Source: an uncultured delta proteobacterium (GTDB lineage Bacteria > Desulfobacterota > Binatia > UBA9968). Taken from it: a stretch of DNA of 64,000 bases. The stretch lies in the NCBI GenBank assembly GCA_963727625.1, contig CAVSHR010000005.1, positions 256,001 through 320,000 of the forward strand, written 5' to 3'. Of this stretch, positions 11,312 to 23,450 are shown piece by piece. Under the pieces are notes generated by a model that saw only the letters and a list, made by a program, of their open reading frames with translations, had not been told where the DNA came from and searched no databases. Both the position numbers and the translations under genes were made by a program. Within the stretch, counting starts at the first letter, position 1. Every line of letters starts with the position of its first letter.

Positions 11312-12037
11312 TCACGTTTCACGAACACGATTCAGAAGTTCTTTCATTTCCCGCACCGCTTGCTCGATGCCGACGATGACGGCGCGGGCGATGATGCTGT
11401 GACCGATGTTGAGCTCGACGATCTCTGGGATGGCCGCGATCGGCGAGACGTTCTGATAATCGAGGCCGTGGCCACCATGCACTTCAAGACCGAGGCGGCG
11501 TGCCAAAGCCGCTGCTGAGGCGATCGCCTGGAGTTCTTTTTCAACGGCCGCGCCCGTAGCGTTACAGTAACGTCCGGTGTGGATCTCGATGGCATGGGCG
11601 CCGCTGTCGCGAGCCGCCTCGATTTGGGCCGCGGCGGGATCGATAAACAGGCTTACGTGAATGCCGCGCTCTTGCAATCTCGCCACCGCCTCATTAATCT
11701 TGGTTTGCTGGGCGACGACGTCGAGACCGCCTTCGGTGGTCAACTCCCGGCGTTTCTCGGGCACCAAGCAGGCGTCGTTGGGACGAACCTTCTCCGCGTA
11801 GGCCACCATGGCCGGCGCCGCGGCCATCTCTAAATTAATTTTTGTCGTGGCAAGCTCGCGCAGGCGTTCAACGTCGCGCTCCTGAATATGCCGGCGGTCT
11901 TCGCGGAGGTGCACGGTGACGCCGTCGGCGCCAGCCTTTTCCGCCAGCAGTGCAGCTTCAACAGGATCGGGGACATCGGCGAGGCGCGCTTGCCGCACCG
12001 TCGCCACGTGATCGACGTTCACTCCCAGGCGCAGCAT
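11312..12037 (-). CDS. pdxJ: Pyridoxine 5'-phosphate synthase
   Basis: [34 protein letters not shown] and ELNIGHSII. Confidence 0.98.
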   Translation of the reverse strand: MLRLGVNVDHVATVRQARLADVPDPVEAALLAEKAGADGVTVHLREDRRHIQERDVERLRELATTKINLEMAAAPAMVAYAEKVRPNDACLVPEKRRELTTEGGLDVVAQQTKINEAVARLQERGIHVSLFIDPAAAQIEAARDSGAHAIEIHTGRYCNATGAAVEKELQAIASAAALARRLGLEVHGGHGLDYQNVSPIAAIPEIVELNIGHSIIARAVIVGIEQAVREMKELLNRVRET

Positions 12038-12039
12038 CG

Positions 12040-13491
12040 CTATTTGCCGACCTCGGCGCGAATCTCATCGGCGATTTCTTCTGCCATGGCGCGAATCTTT
12101 TTTTCCTCCTCGCCTTCCAACATCACCCGCGCCAGCAGCTCGGTGCCGGAATAGCGCACCAGCACCCGACCGCGGTCGCCGAGCGTGCGCTCCACGTCGG
12201 CGATCTTGCGCCGCACCTTTGCCATCTCGGAGAAATCCCTTTTCTCCTTCACTTTGACGTTGAGCAATACCTGTGGCAGCCGGGTCATGATCCCCTTGAG
12301 CTCGCTCAGCCGCTTGTGTTTTTCCACCATTAACGCGAGGATCTGCAGACTGGTAATCGCCCCATCACCGGTGGTGTTGTGATCGAGGAAGAGAATATGG
12401 CCGGACTGTTCGCCGCCGAGATTGTAGCCCTCTGCCAACATCCTCTCGACGACGTAGCGGTCGCCCACCTGAGCGCGCACGACTTTGATACCTGCGCCGC
12501 GCAACGCCAGTTCCAGTCCCATGTTGCTCATCACCGTGGCAACGATGCCGGAGCTCTTGAGTGTGCCGTTGCGCTGCATATCCAAGGCGCAAATCGCGAG
12601 CACCTGGTCACCGTCGAGAATGTCGCCGGTCTCGTCGATGAAGATCGCCCGATCGGCGTCGCCGTCGAGGGACACGGCAAAATCGGCTCCCTCATGGAGC
12701 AGAATATCGCGGGCCGTTTCCGGATAGAGCGCGCCGCTGCGCCGGTTGATGTTTTCGCCGTCCGGTTGTACGCCGATGGGCAACACTTCGGCGCCGAGCT
12801 CGGACAAAACTTCCGGCACGACTCGATATGCGGCTCCGTGGCCGCAATCGACAACGATCTTCAAGCCTTCGAGAGTCAGATGGCGCGGGAAGCTATTTTT
12901 GAGAAACACGTTGTATCTGCCGACGGCGTCGGAGATACGAAAAGCCTTGCCGATCTCCGAAGCGGTCGGGCGCGATTCCTCAGTCTCGCCGCTAAAAATC
13001 ATTCCCTCCATGCGCGCTTCAACTTCATCCGGCAGCTTGAAGCCGTCCCAAGAAAAAAACTTGATGCCGTTGTCTTGATAGGGATTGTGCGAAGCGGAAA
13101 TCACCACCCCCGCGTCAGCGCGCATGCTCCTGGTTAAGAAAGCCACGCCGGGCGTCGGCAAGGGCCCCACCAACAACACGTCGGCGCCCATCGAAACAAT
13201 CCCGGATGCCAATGCGGTCTCGATCATGTAGCCGGACAGCCGGGTATCTTTGCCGATCAAGATTTTATAGCGATGTTTGCCGTTTTCCTCCAACTTGCGG
13301 GAAAACGCCGGCGGCCGCCCGCGCCCCGTTTGCTCGCGGGGTTTGGACTCATGCAGCACTTTGGCGATGGCGCGGCCAAGCTTCAGTGCCATTTCCGAAG
13401 TCATCGGCTCTTGATTGGCGACTCCGCGCACCCCGTCGGTGCCGAATAATTGGCGCTTGGGCTTGCGGTTTTTTACCAGTGGCTGAATCAT
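12040..13491 (-). CDS. glmM: Phosphoglucosamine mutase
   Basis: [28 protein letters not shown] and VRYSGTE. Confidence 0.97.
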   Translation of the reverse strand: MIQPLVKNRKPKRQLFGTDGVRGVANQEPMTSEMALKLGRAIAKVLHESKPREQTGRGRPPAFSRKLEENGKHRYKILIGKDTRLSGYMIETALASGIVSMGADVLLVGPLPTPGVAFLTRSMRADAGVVISASHNPYQDNGIKFFSWDGFKLPDEVEARMEGMIFSGETEESRPTASEIGKAFRISDAVGRYNVFLKNSFPRHLTLEGLKIVVDCGHGAAYRVVPEVLSELGAEVLPIGVQPDGENINRRSGALYPETARDILLHEGADFAVSLDGDADRAIFIDETGDILDGDQVLAICALDMQRNGTLKSSGIVATVMSNMGLELALRGAGIKVVRAQVGDRYVVERMLAEGYNLGGEQSGHILFLDHNTTGDGAITSLQILALMVEKHKRLSELKGIMTRLPQVLLNVKVKEKRDFSEMAKVRRKIADVERTLGDRGRVLVRYSGTELLARVMLEGEEEKKIRAMAEEIADEIRAEVGK

Positions 13492-13520
13492 TGCAGGTAA
13501 CTCCTGTGCACGACGATTGA

Positions 13521-14450
13521 TTATTCCGCCGTTTTGGTAATCCGCACCCGAAAACGCTCTGGTTTTTGCTCGACCACCTTGATTTCCGCGGGCAGATTTA
13601 ACTCCAGCGTCACATTATGATCACCGACCGTCATGCCTTGCAAATTCAAATGGACTTGTTCTGGAAACAATTTCAACGGCTCAATGATGCTTTTCGGTCC
13701 GCTCAGTTTTAAAGATACGTTTGGCGGCGATACGGTGTAGACGCCCTTGAAATCCGGCGCGCTCACGTCGATCCGCTCGAAGGCGCGGGTCATCTGCACT
13801 TCTTCGATGGTGATCGTCACCTCGACCTGGTCCGGCGCAATCGAGAGCGGCTTGCCGTCGTTGGACAGGCGCACCGTACGCCGCACGACACCGCGGCTAT
13901 CTACGACGTCGATCGGGATCGTTTCAATGGCGGTCAAGCGCCGCACCTCTTCGGCCGGCCCCTGCACGGAGACACTCTCCGGTCGGACCACGCTTTGGGT
14001 GATCCGATAGCCGGCTAATGGCTTGCCCGAGGTACGCACCGATACCGGCAGCGTCCGCCGCGCGACCGGCTCGAGCCGAACATGGAGCACCGGAGGAGTG
14101 ATACGCGCGATCGTGACACCGCGTGGAATGCTGAAATAACCGGAGGCCAAGGGATAGCTCAATGCGCCCGACTTCGCGCCGCTCAGATCCAAACTGAGTT
14201 TTAAATCACTGGCATTGAGCGTCGAGATCAAGGTGCGCGGTCCCATCAAGCGCAACACCACGTAATCGACGCGGTTGTCCATAACCATTAGATCCGCCGG
14301 AATGTTGCGAAATTCCAGCGGCACTTCGATGGCCCGCTCGATATCGCGATGGCCGGCCAACCAGAGTCCCACCGCGATAATCAGCGCCAGCGCCTTCAGA
14401 CCGAGATTGCTCCCCGCCAGCGCAACGATTTTTTCCCAGAGCCGCTTCAT
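13521..14450 (-). CDS. cdaR: CdaR/YbbR-like diadenylate cyclase regulator
   Basis: N-terminal TM ([17 protein letters not shown]) and repeated beta-rich YbbR-like domains, located between cdaA and glmM. Confidence 0.88.
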   Translation of the reverse strand: MKRLWEKIVALAGSNLGLKALALIIAVGLWLAGHRDIERAIEVPLEFRNIPADLMVMDNRVDYVVLRLMGPRTLISTLNASDLKLSLDLSGAKSGALSYPLASGYFSIPRGVTIARITPPVLHVRLEPVARRTLPVSVRTSGKPLAGYRITQSVVRPESVSVQGPAEEVRRLTAIETIPIDVVDSRGVVRRTVRLSNDGKPLSIAPDQVEVTITIEEVQMTRAFERIDVSAPDFKGVYTVSPPNVSLKLSGPKSIIEPLKLFPEQVHLNLQGMTVGDHNVTLELNLPAEIKVVEQKPERFRVRITKTAE

Positions 14451-15223
14451 GCCTTAAGTAAATCGCGCAGGGCGGAGCGCAGCCTGGCACCGTCGATGTT
14501 CTCGGTCACGTTGCCTCCCACCACCAGCGCCGTCGTGCCCTCCTGTTCAGAGACCACCACCGCAACCGCATCGGTCTCTTCGGTCACCCCCAGCGCGGCG
14601 CGATGGCGGGTACCCCAGGTCTTGCGCAGATTCGGGTTTGTGCTGAGCGGCAAAAGGCAGCGCACCGCAGTGACCCTGCCTTTCTGAATCACCAAAGCAC
14701 CATCGTGGATTGGCGAATGGGGTAAAAATACGCTTTCCACCAGTTCCCGACTTACCCGCGCGTCAAGCCGCGTGCCGATTTCCATATACTCGTTCAGGCC
14801 CACTTCGCGCTCGATAACGATCAACGCACCGACCTTTTTCTCGGCGAGCGCCACGGCCGCCTGGGCAACTTCTTCGATGAGATCCTCGCCGTGCAATGCG
14901 ACGCGATCCACGGTACCAAACAACGGCGCGCTGCCGACTTGGGTGAGCGCGCGGCGAATATCGCTTTGGAAAATAACGATGATGACCAAGATGATCGAGC
15001 CGAGAAAATTATCAAGGATCCAGTTGAGCGTGAGCAGCCCGAGGGCGCGCGACGATACGTAGGCGACTAAGATCACCGCCAAACCGATGATCATCTGCAT
15101 GGCGCGGCTACCGCGCACGATCTGCAGTGCGCGATAGACTAAAAACGTAATGATGCCGATATCGAGCAGGTCTTGCCAACGAAGCGGCTGGAGCATTTCG
15201 AACATCGGTTGCTTTTCGGTCAC
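14447..15223 (-). CDS. cdaA: Diadenylate cyclase CdaA
   Basis: Three N-terminal TM helices and a DAC domain with HDGA and GTRHRAA. GTG at 15223 overlaps the folP stop, with an alternative ATG at 15205. Confidence 0.95.
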   Translation of the reverse strand: MTEKQPMFEMLQPLRWQDLLDIGIITFLVYRALQIVRGSRAMQMIIGLAVILVAYVSSRALGLLTLNWILDNFLGSIILVIIVIFQSDIRRALTQVGSAPLFGTVDRVALHGEDLIEEVAQAAVALAEKKVGALIVIEREVGLNEYMEIGTRLDARVSRELVESVFLPHSPIHDGALVIQKGRVTAVRCLLPLSTNPNLRKTWGTRHRAALGVTEETDAVAVVVSEQEGTTALVVGGNVTENIDGARLRSALRDLLKA

Positions 15224-16008
15224 TGCGCCAAGCCGAAACGGATCGCATCCGCGACCCGTATGGCCCTGCAAGTCTCGGGCACGTCGTGCACGCGCAGGAT
15301 ATTAGCGCCGCCCAATACCGCCACCGTCCCTGCCGCCAGGCTACCCTCTAGACGATCGTCGGGGCCGATCTCTAAGATTTTGCCGATGAAGGTCTTGCGT
15401 GACACCCCAACCATGAGCGGCTGCCCTAGTGCCGCGAACATCGGAAGGCCGCGGAGCAACAGCAGATTGTGCTCCAAGGTTTTACCGAAACCGATGCCGG
15501 GATCGAGGATAATCGAGTCGGGCACGATCCCTGCCTCCATCGCTTCGTAAAGTTGCATGGCGAGAAAATCCCTCACCTCGCGCGCGACATCTTCGTACTG
15601 TGGCTCCTGTTGCATGGTTCGCGGCGTTCCCTGCATATGCATCAAGATCACTGGCACCTTCTCCGCTGCGATCAGCGAAGCCATCGCCGGGTCGAAACGC
15701 AACGCACTGATGTCGTTGACGATATCCGCGCCGGCACCTAAAGCAGCGCGGGCGATCTTCGATTTGTAAGTGTCGATGGAAATCGGCACGGGGACTGCGC
15801 GGCGCAAGCCTGCGACGACCGGCAATACCCGGGCCAATTCTTCGTCTTCGGACACTGACTGAGCGCCAGGACGAGTCGACTCGCCGCCGATGTCGATGAT
15901 ATCCGCGCCGCGCGCCGCCATCACCACGCCATCGGCAATCGCCTCGGCCGGGTCGACACGCCGCCCCCCGTCATAAAACGAATCCGGCGTGACGTTTAAT
16001 ATGCCCAT
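15220..16008 (-). CDS. folP: Dihydropteroate synthase
   Basis: MGILNVTPDSFYDGG, DIGGESTRPG, DPGIGFGK, SRK and LRVHDV. Confidence 0.97.
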   Translation of the reverse strand: MGILNVTPDSFYDGGRRVDPAEAIADGVVMAARGADIIDIGGESTRPGAQSVSEDEELARVLPVVAGLRRAVPVPISIDTYKSKIARAALGAGADIVNDISALRFDPAMASLIAAEKVPVILMHMQGTPRTMQQEPQYEDVAREVRDFLAMQLYEAMEAGIVPDSIILDPGIGFGKTLEHNLLLLRGLPMFAALGQPLMVGVSRKTFIGKILEIGPDDRLEGSLAAGTVAVLGGANILRVHDVPETCRAIRVADAIRFGLAQ

Positions 16009-16278
16009 GACTAAAGTGCGGTCGCTAAAATAAGATCGCCGTGGCGCGTGCGCAACGCTTTGCGCTCGCTGCTGATTAACGGCGCGAAATGAGTCAAGCT
16101 ATCGCTAAACTTTTGCGGCTTGTTATCGTCCATAGGCCATACATCCGCGCAAAATCCAGCTACCATTGCTGGCCCAGCGCACGAGACACTCGTTGCCAAA
16201 GCCAAAGAGCGGCTCGTGCGTGGGATGATCGAAAATTTGGAACGGAAGAATTTGGGAGCCGATGCTCCGGGAGAAAGC

Positions 16279-18117
<1,839 letters not shown>

Positions 18118-18192
18118 CCGATCCTCCAAAAGTTACTAACCAAAAAAGTTTAACATACGCAAGCAGTTCTATCAATAATAGAGTGTTTTTGG

Positions 18193-19614
18193 CTAGCTCG
18201 AAATCACCAGGACTTTTAGCTCCAGAACAGCGGTGGTTTTAGCCCCGACTCGCGCCGTCTCGCTTCGACCATAGCCGGGAATCCACAAGACTTCTTCGCC
18301 GCGCGTCAAAAGCGGCCAGCAGGCGCGAATCGACAGTGGTACTCGCTTTTCGATGAATAAATCTTTGACCTTCTTATGTCCACTCATCCCTAGCGGCTGG
18401 AAACAATCACCGTGACGAAAATTACGCACTGATAATCCCCCGCCCACATCGGTCAGGTCAAACATAGCTTCCATCAGGCCCTCAGGCCGCCGCCCCAACG
18501 GCGCCGCGACAGTACTGCTGTGAATTTGAAGATGAGCTTCGGGAATCGCCAATACTGAGCCGATTGTCAGTTGATACCTATAACACACCGGACGTAACTT
18601 CCGATCCCGTTTTGTCAGCCGCAGCCGTTCATATTGCCGCTCAAGCTCCCAGCCTCCGGAAATCGACACACGCCCCTGCGGCGGCCCGTGAGCGATTAGA
18701 CGTAGCATTATCTCGATGTGAATAAACTCTAAGCCGTGCGGCCGGCTGCGCGTCCGTTCAACCCATAGGCGAAGAATCCTGCGTTGCAACGCCTTAGGTC
18801 GCGCTAGAAAGGCCGGGCGGGCCAATCCATCCTTTTCCAACAGCGTAGTAAGATGCTGGCGCGCCAGATCATCGAGATAATCATCCTCATCGCGCACTAG
18901 CTCCGCGAGTTGGCCCAAACGCTCGGGCACATGGGGATCGACGCGCCGGGCGATCATCGGCAGCAACTCCGCCCGGATCCAATTACGCAAAAAAGCCGGG
19001 TCCTCATTGCTCTTGTCCATGCGGTAGGCGAACTGCCGATCGGATAGGTATTGGAGAAGCTCCGACTTGGAGATATCGAGCAACGGGCGAACCACCACGA
19101 GATCATGGGTCAACTCGCCGCTGGCGACTTTGAGCTTTGACACCGGCGCCATGCCACCCAACCCCTTCATGCCGGCGCCCCGCAGAAACCACATGAGCAT
19201 GGTCTCCGCCTGATCATCCTGCGTATGCGCCGTGGCGACTTTATTAAGCTGGCGTTGTTGGACGGTATCGGCAAAAAAGCGATAGCGCTCGGCCCGCGCG
19301 AGAGCTTCGAGGTTGCCCTTGCCAGCGGCACTTTTAATTCCCGGCAGATCAACCTCTTTGAGGTGAAACGGCAGTTGAAACTGCTCCGCTAGATCGGCCA
19401 CAAACCGGGCGTCAGTCCCGGCCTCCTCGCCACGAATTCCATGCTGGAGATGCGCGACTTCCAGATGCAAGCCTAATTCCTGGTGCAACTCGCACAAAAT
19501 GTGCAGCAACGCCACCGAATCCGGCCCGCCTGACACGGCGACGAGCAGACGATCTCCACGCGAAAGCAATTGCCTCCTTAGTAGAAACTCTTGCACCCGT
19601 CGACGAATGTCCAT
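18193..19614 (-). CDS. tilS: tRNA(Ile)-lysidine synthetase
   Basis: AVSGGPDS, HTQDDQAET, RNWIR and C-terminal KKVKDLFIE. Confidence 0.96.
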   Translation of the reverse strand: MDIRRRVQEFLLRRQLLSRGDRLLVAVSGGPDSVALLHILCELHQELGLHLEVAHLQHGIRGEEAGTDARFVADLAEQFQLPFHLKEVDLPGIKSAAGKGNLEALARAERYRFFADTVQQRQLNKVATAHTQDDQAETMLMWFLRGAGMKGLGGMAPVSKLKVASGELTHDLVVVRPLLDISKSELLQYLSDRQFAYRMDKSNEDPAFLRNWIRAELLPMIARRVDPHVPERLGQLAELVRDEDDYLDDLARQHLTTLLEKDGLARPAFLARPKALQRRILRLWVERTRSRPHGLEFIHIEIMLRLIAHGPPQGRVSISGGWELERQYERLRLTKRDRKLRPVCYRYQLTIGSVLAIPEAHLQIHSSTVAAPLGRRPEGLMEAMFDLTDVGGGLSVRNFRHGDCFQPLGMSGHKKVKDLFIEKRVPLSIRACWPLLTRGEEVLWIPGYGRSETARVGAKTTAVLELKVLVISS

Positions 19615-19615
19615 T

Positions 19616-20815
19616 TTAGAGAGTGAGCTTACCAGCATACCCGGTCATCTCAACATACCCCGCGCCATTGATCGGTCTATCCTTTGCTGAACCCAACACT
19701 CTTACCGCCCCTTCCCAATAAGTCACTCGGGTGCTGCGATTGGTGATCAATTCCTGATCGGGTAAGGCAGGCAGGATCTCCAATTCGATCCCCTCACCGG
19801 GAACCGTCACTTTCCATTTCATCGGATATTCGGCGCCGCTCTTGGGGCTCTTCCACCGATCCAGCACTTCGATCCGATAATCCTTGAGATTCAAATGGGT
19901 CGTTTTCCCCCTCGCGTCGACCAGCGTGCCGCTGGAATATGGATCGACTGAACCGTCTTTGCGGCGCATGAGGTAGAGCATCAGCTCCGTGTTGTTGTCG
20001 AGCTGGATGCTGAACCAATCCCAGCCTACTTGGTCCGCGCGCAACTGATTGCTGCCGAACTCGTGATCCATCCAGCTTAGCCCCCGTACGTTCTTCGTCA
20101 TGCCATCGATCGTCAACTCGCCGTTGGTTTGCATGCGGGTCAGCGAATAGTAATACGATGCTCGTCCCTCGCCCTCGCCTTTTTGGCTAAGACCGTTGTC
20201 GCCATGTAAAACCGGCGGCTTGAGCGATTTTAGATTGAGCCGCAGCCGGGTTCCGCGATCGGCGACTTGAATCGAGTGGTTTATTGAATCGCCTTGGACG
20301 CTCCAGTCTTCATTCCAGACTAGATAGCGGTCCGTCGCCGCACCGGCCTTGTTATTGTAGCCGCGATTGATTCGTTCGCGGTAATGAAACTTCTTCGCGC
20401 CGAGGTCGGACAGCGCGAAGTGCGCCATGTACAATTCGCTGAACAAGGGTTTTTCTTTGAGCCCGTTCTGGCGATCGCGCAAACCGAAGCGAAAAAAAGT
20501 GACCTGATAGCCATAGCGTTTGCCGCTGTCCGTTTTTAGGTGGCCCGTGTAGTACCACCACTCGGTCTTGAAATCCGGGTGCGAGAAATGCTCCGCGGGA
20601 AATGTAAGTTTACGACCAGGGAGAGCGAGCTGATAGGTAAAACCGGAGAAAATGAGAAAGCAACAAATCAAAGCGACACTGACGAGCCAGCGCCGTTCAC
20701 CCTCACCCCCGGATCGACTCCGGGGCAGGCTCTTCCGTCTCCCGTCGAGGGAGAGGGTGCAGAAGAATACCCAGCGTGACCTAAGAGCCGAATTAAAAAT
20801 ATTGTCCGATCGCAA
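19616..20815 (-). CDS. Secreted lipocalin-like / CrtC-AttH-family protein (start uncertain)
   Basis: HPDFKTEWWYYTGHL, SYYYSLTR, WMDHEFGS, GWDWFS, YWEGAV and GYVEMTGY. Confidence 0.85.
   Translation of the reverse strand: MRSDNIFNSALRSRWVFFCTLSLDGRRKSLPRSRSGGEGERRWLVSVALICCFLIFSGFTYQLALPGRKLTFPAEHFSHPDFKTEWWYYTGHLKTDSGKRYGYQVTFFRFGLRDRQNGLKEKPLFSELYMAHFALSDLGAKKFHYRERINRGYNNKAGAATDRYLVWNEDWSVQGDSINHSIQVADRGTRLRLNLKSLKPPVLHGDNGLSQKGEGEGRASYYYSLTRMQTNGELTIDGMTKNVRGLSWMDHEFGSNQLRADQVGWDWFSIQLDNNTELMLYLMRRKDGSVDPYSSGTLVDARGKTTHLNLKDYRIEVLDRWKSPKSGAEYPMKWKVTVPGEGIELEILPALPDQELITNRSTRVTYWEGAVRVLGSAKDRPINGAGYVEMTGYAGKLTL
20697..20759. repeat. REP-like palindrome (CCCTCACCC...GGGAGAGGG with nested CCCCGGA-TCGA-CTCCGGGG hairpin)
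   Basis: tcaccctcacccccggatcgactccggggcaggctcttccgtctcccgtcgagggagagggtg. Confidence 0.7.
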
Positions 20816-20853
20816 GATTGCAGTGCCTTTTCGACTAATGTTATAGGGGACGT

Positions 20854-21687
20854 ATGAACCAAGAATATACGCGTGAAAGCCTCCTCACAACAGTCGAGGA
20901 ATTACAAAACAAACTCGGAGCAGCTAATCTTTGCATCATCGACACTCGTCCGGCCGAAGACTACGCCAAGGGGCATATTCCCGGCGCGACCCATTTCGAC
21001 CTTTTCGGTTTGAGCCTGATCGATACGAGTGAAGCGCCGCTGAAAGCATTCATGTTCATGATCCGCCATGTGCTCGAGCTGCGCGGCGTGAATGAAAACA
21101 AAGAAGTCGTCTTTTACGAAGCCAACTCGGGCATGCGCGCGGCGCGAGGCCTGTGGTTTCTCGAATACTACGGTCATCCGAACGCAAAGATGCTCGACGG
21201 CGGCTTCCTGGTCTGGAAGGCCGCAGGCGCGCCAATCACGACCGATTCCGCGCTGCCCAAGGCAGCGCCGCTTAAAATCACCGAGCGCCGCGATGTCCTG
21301 GCGACCGCCGATGACGTACTAAACTCGCTAAACAAACAAGACATCGCAATTCTCGACACCCGCAGCAAAGGTGAATACTTGGGCAACCATGTGCGCGCGG
21401 CGCGCGGCGGCGCGATCCCCGGCGCCATTCATATCGAGTGGACGGACAACCTCGCTCCAGATGGAAAATTCAAATCCAACGACGAGCTCAAAGCCTTGTA
21501 CGAAAGAGCCGGCATCACCCCGGACAAGGAAGTCATCTCCTATTGCCAGGGCGGTTACCGTGCCGCGCACAGCTATGTAGCCTTGCGATTGCTCGGGTTT
21601 GCCAAAGTGCGCAATTACATCGGCTCCTGGAAAGAATGGGGCGACCGCGCCGACCTGCCGCTGGAAATCCCGCAGCAAAATAGCTGA
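20854..21687 (+). CDS. Tandem-domain sulfurtransferase (rhodanese, SseA/TST family)
   Basis: GHIPGA, LDGG, GAIPGA, catalytic YCQGGYRAA and YIGSWKEW. Confidence 0.93.
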   Translation: MNQEYTRESLLTTVEELQNKLGAANLCIIDTRPAEDYAKGHIPGATHFDLFGLSLIDTSEAPLKAFMFMIRHVLELRGVNENKEVVFYEANSGMRAARGLWFLEYYGHPNAKMLDGGFLVWKAAGAPITTDSALPKAAPLKITERRDVLATADDVLNSLNKQDIAILDTRSKGEYLGNHVRAARGGAIPGAIHIEWTDNLAPDGKFKSNDELKALYERAGITPDKEVISYCQGGYRAAHSYVALRLLGFAKVRNYIGSWKEWGDRADLPLEIPQQNS

Positions 21688-21715
21688 CGGGAATTTGGAC
21701 CGTTAACTGCATCCA

Positions 21716-21865
21716 GCGCAGCGCGGCAAAGCCGCAACCGAAATTCGGAATATCTCGCGCAACGACGCAAAGGCCGCAAAGGTCGGAGAAAAATGATGAA
21801 GACCGTTCGTAAGAGTAACTATCTTTCTCTTCCGAACTTGGCGTGCTTAGCGCCTTGGCGGGATC
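21716..21865. repeat. Intergenic MITE-like element with CGCAAAGG-type nonamer arms
   Basis: cgcgcaacgacgcaaaggccgcaaagg ... cttggcgtgcttagcgccttggcggga form imperfect inverted arms. A related copy lies at ~49800-49890. Confidence 0.65.
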
Positions 21866-22569
21866 AAATCCCGAACACGGGTAGCCGCAAAACAATAAAT
21901 TGCTTTCTCATAATAGCGTTATGCGCATTCACGCTCCCCCAGCCGAACTCAGCCATGGGCGCCGAGCTCAGAAAAACCACCTTTTCCTATTCCGCCGTCA
22001 GTTCTTTCGGCAACACACAGGCGATCCTAACAGAAAAACATCTTCAATATTTGGGATTGAAAAAGGGCGAGTATCAGTTGTTGGCCATGGGCGCGACGCC
22101 GGCACGGATTGCCGCTCTCGATAAAAATCTCGTCCAGGGTAGCCTGATGCCGCTGCCGACCAACGTTCAGCTCGAAAGCAGGGGCTACCGTTTGCTCGGC
22201 AATTCCGCGGAAATTATTATCAACCCGATCGCCGGTATCGGCGTCCAAGCAGAAAAAATCAGGAAGGACCCGGATCTGATCAAACATGTGCTCCGCGCCA
22301 CTCTGCGCAGCTTGCAGCTCTTGCAGTCGAATCCCCGCGATACGGTGAAGATCCTGATGAAATGGACCGGCGCGACGGAAAAAGACGCGCTCCGCTCGTT
22401 GGAGCTGGCCAAGCCCGGCTTTAGCAAGAACGGGATGCTGACCGATGAAGATCTCGGTGTCGAGTGGGGCTTTCTACAGCAACAGACGAAGAAGACCAAC
22501 GTACAGGTATCGATAGCACACGATATGTCGCTGCTGCGCGAGACCCAACGGGAGCTCGGATTGCAGTAG
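21793..22569 (+). pseudogene. NitT/TauT-family ABC substrate-binding protein with apparent in-frame internal deletion
   Basis: Signal-like region, then TFSYSAVS joined directly to SFGNTQAILTEKHL...MGATPARIAAL, a segment that normally lies much further into such SBPs. The mature part is only ~200 aa. Confidence 0.6.
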
Positions 22570-22585
22570 ACAGGCGGGGTGGAGA

Positions 22586-23332
22586 ATGGAAATCACCGGT
22601 CAAACAGCGATCGTCACCGGCGGCGGCAGCGGCCTCGGCCAGGCCATGGCCATCGGACTGGCCCATGCCGGGGCTAAAGTACTCATTGCCGATGTCCGCG
22701 AAGAAAGCGCGAGAAAAACCCGGCAAGAAATCCAAAACCAGGGCGGCCGCGCCGATGTTTTTATCGGCGATCTGAGCCAGGAGTTCGTCGCCCAACGGTT
22801 GATCGATGACTGCGCGAAACAATTTTCCAGCGTTGACATTTTGATCAACAATGCCGGCCTGCGCATGGAAGTGCACGACGACGGTGTTTACGAAGACTGG
22901 CGCTGTCTCAAACAACGCCCCACCCATGAAGTGCCGGCGGGCGACTGGGACTTGCTCATGGGCGTCAACCTGCGGGCGGTTTACCTGTGCACGCACTTCG
23001 CGTTGCCGCATATGATCAAGCAAAAGCACGGCGTCGTCATCGGCATTTCGTCCAACGCCGGCCATGAAGGCGTCGCCGGCAAATGCGCCTATGTGGCTTC
23101 GAAACACGCCGTGGAAGGTTTGATGAAGACGGTGGCCAAAGAAATGCAACCCCACGGCGTCAGCGCCAACGCCATCCACCCGGGCGGACGGGTCAACGTC
23201 GACGGCAGAGGCGGCCAGCCCGCCGAGGTCGTCGTGCCGCTGGTGTTGTTTTTGGCACAGCAAGACCGACCGACGATCACCGGCAAAGTGATCAAAGCCC
23301 AGGATTGGAACGCCGGCAAACGAGACTTTTAA
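22586..23332 (+). CDS. SDR family oxidoreductase
   Basis: TGGGSGLG, NNAG, catalytic Ser and YVASK. Confidence 0.93.
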   Translation: MEITGQTAIVTGGGSGLGQAMAIGLAHAGAKVLIADVREESARKTRQEIQNQGGRADVFIGDLSQEFVAQRLIDDCAKQFSSVDILINNAGLRMEVHDDGVYEDWRCLKQRPTHEVPAGDWDLLMGVNLRAVYLCTHFALPHMIKQKHGVVIGISSNAGHEGVAGKCAYVASKHAVEGLMKTVAKEMQPHGVSANAIHPGGRVNVDGRGGQPAEVVVPLVLFLAQQDRPTITGKVIKAQDWNAGKRDF

Positions 23333-23450
23333 AAAAGACCTCTCCGAACTCTTGACCGGAACAAAGTGATTGAACAATTAGAACGGTTTGAACCCGGAAT
23401 AAGGCGAAAGCTATTGCAGCGACAAAACGAACTAGAAGAGGAGATAAACC

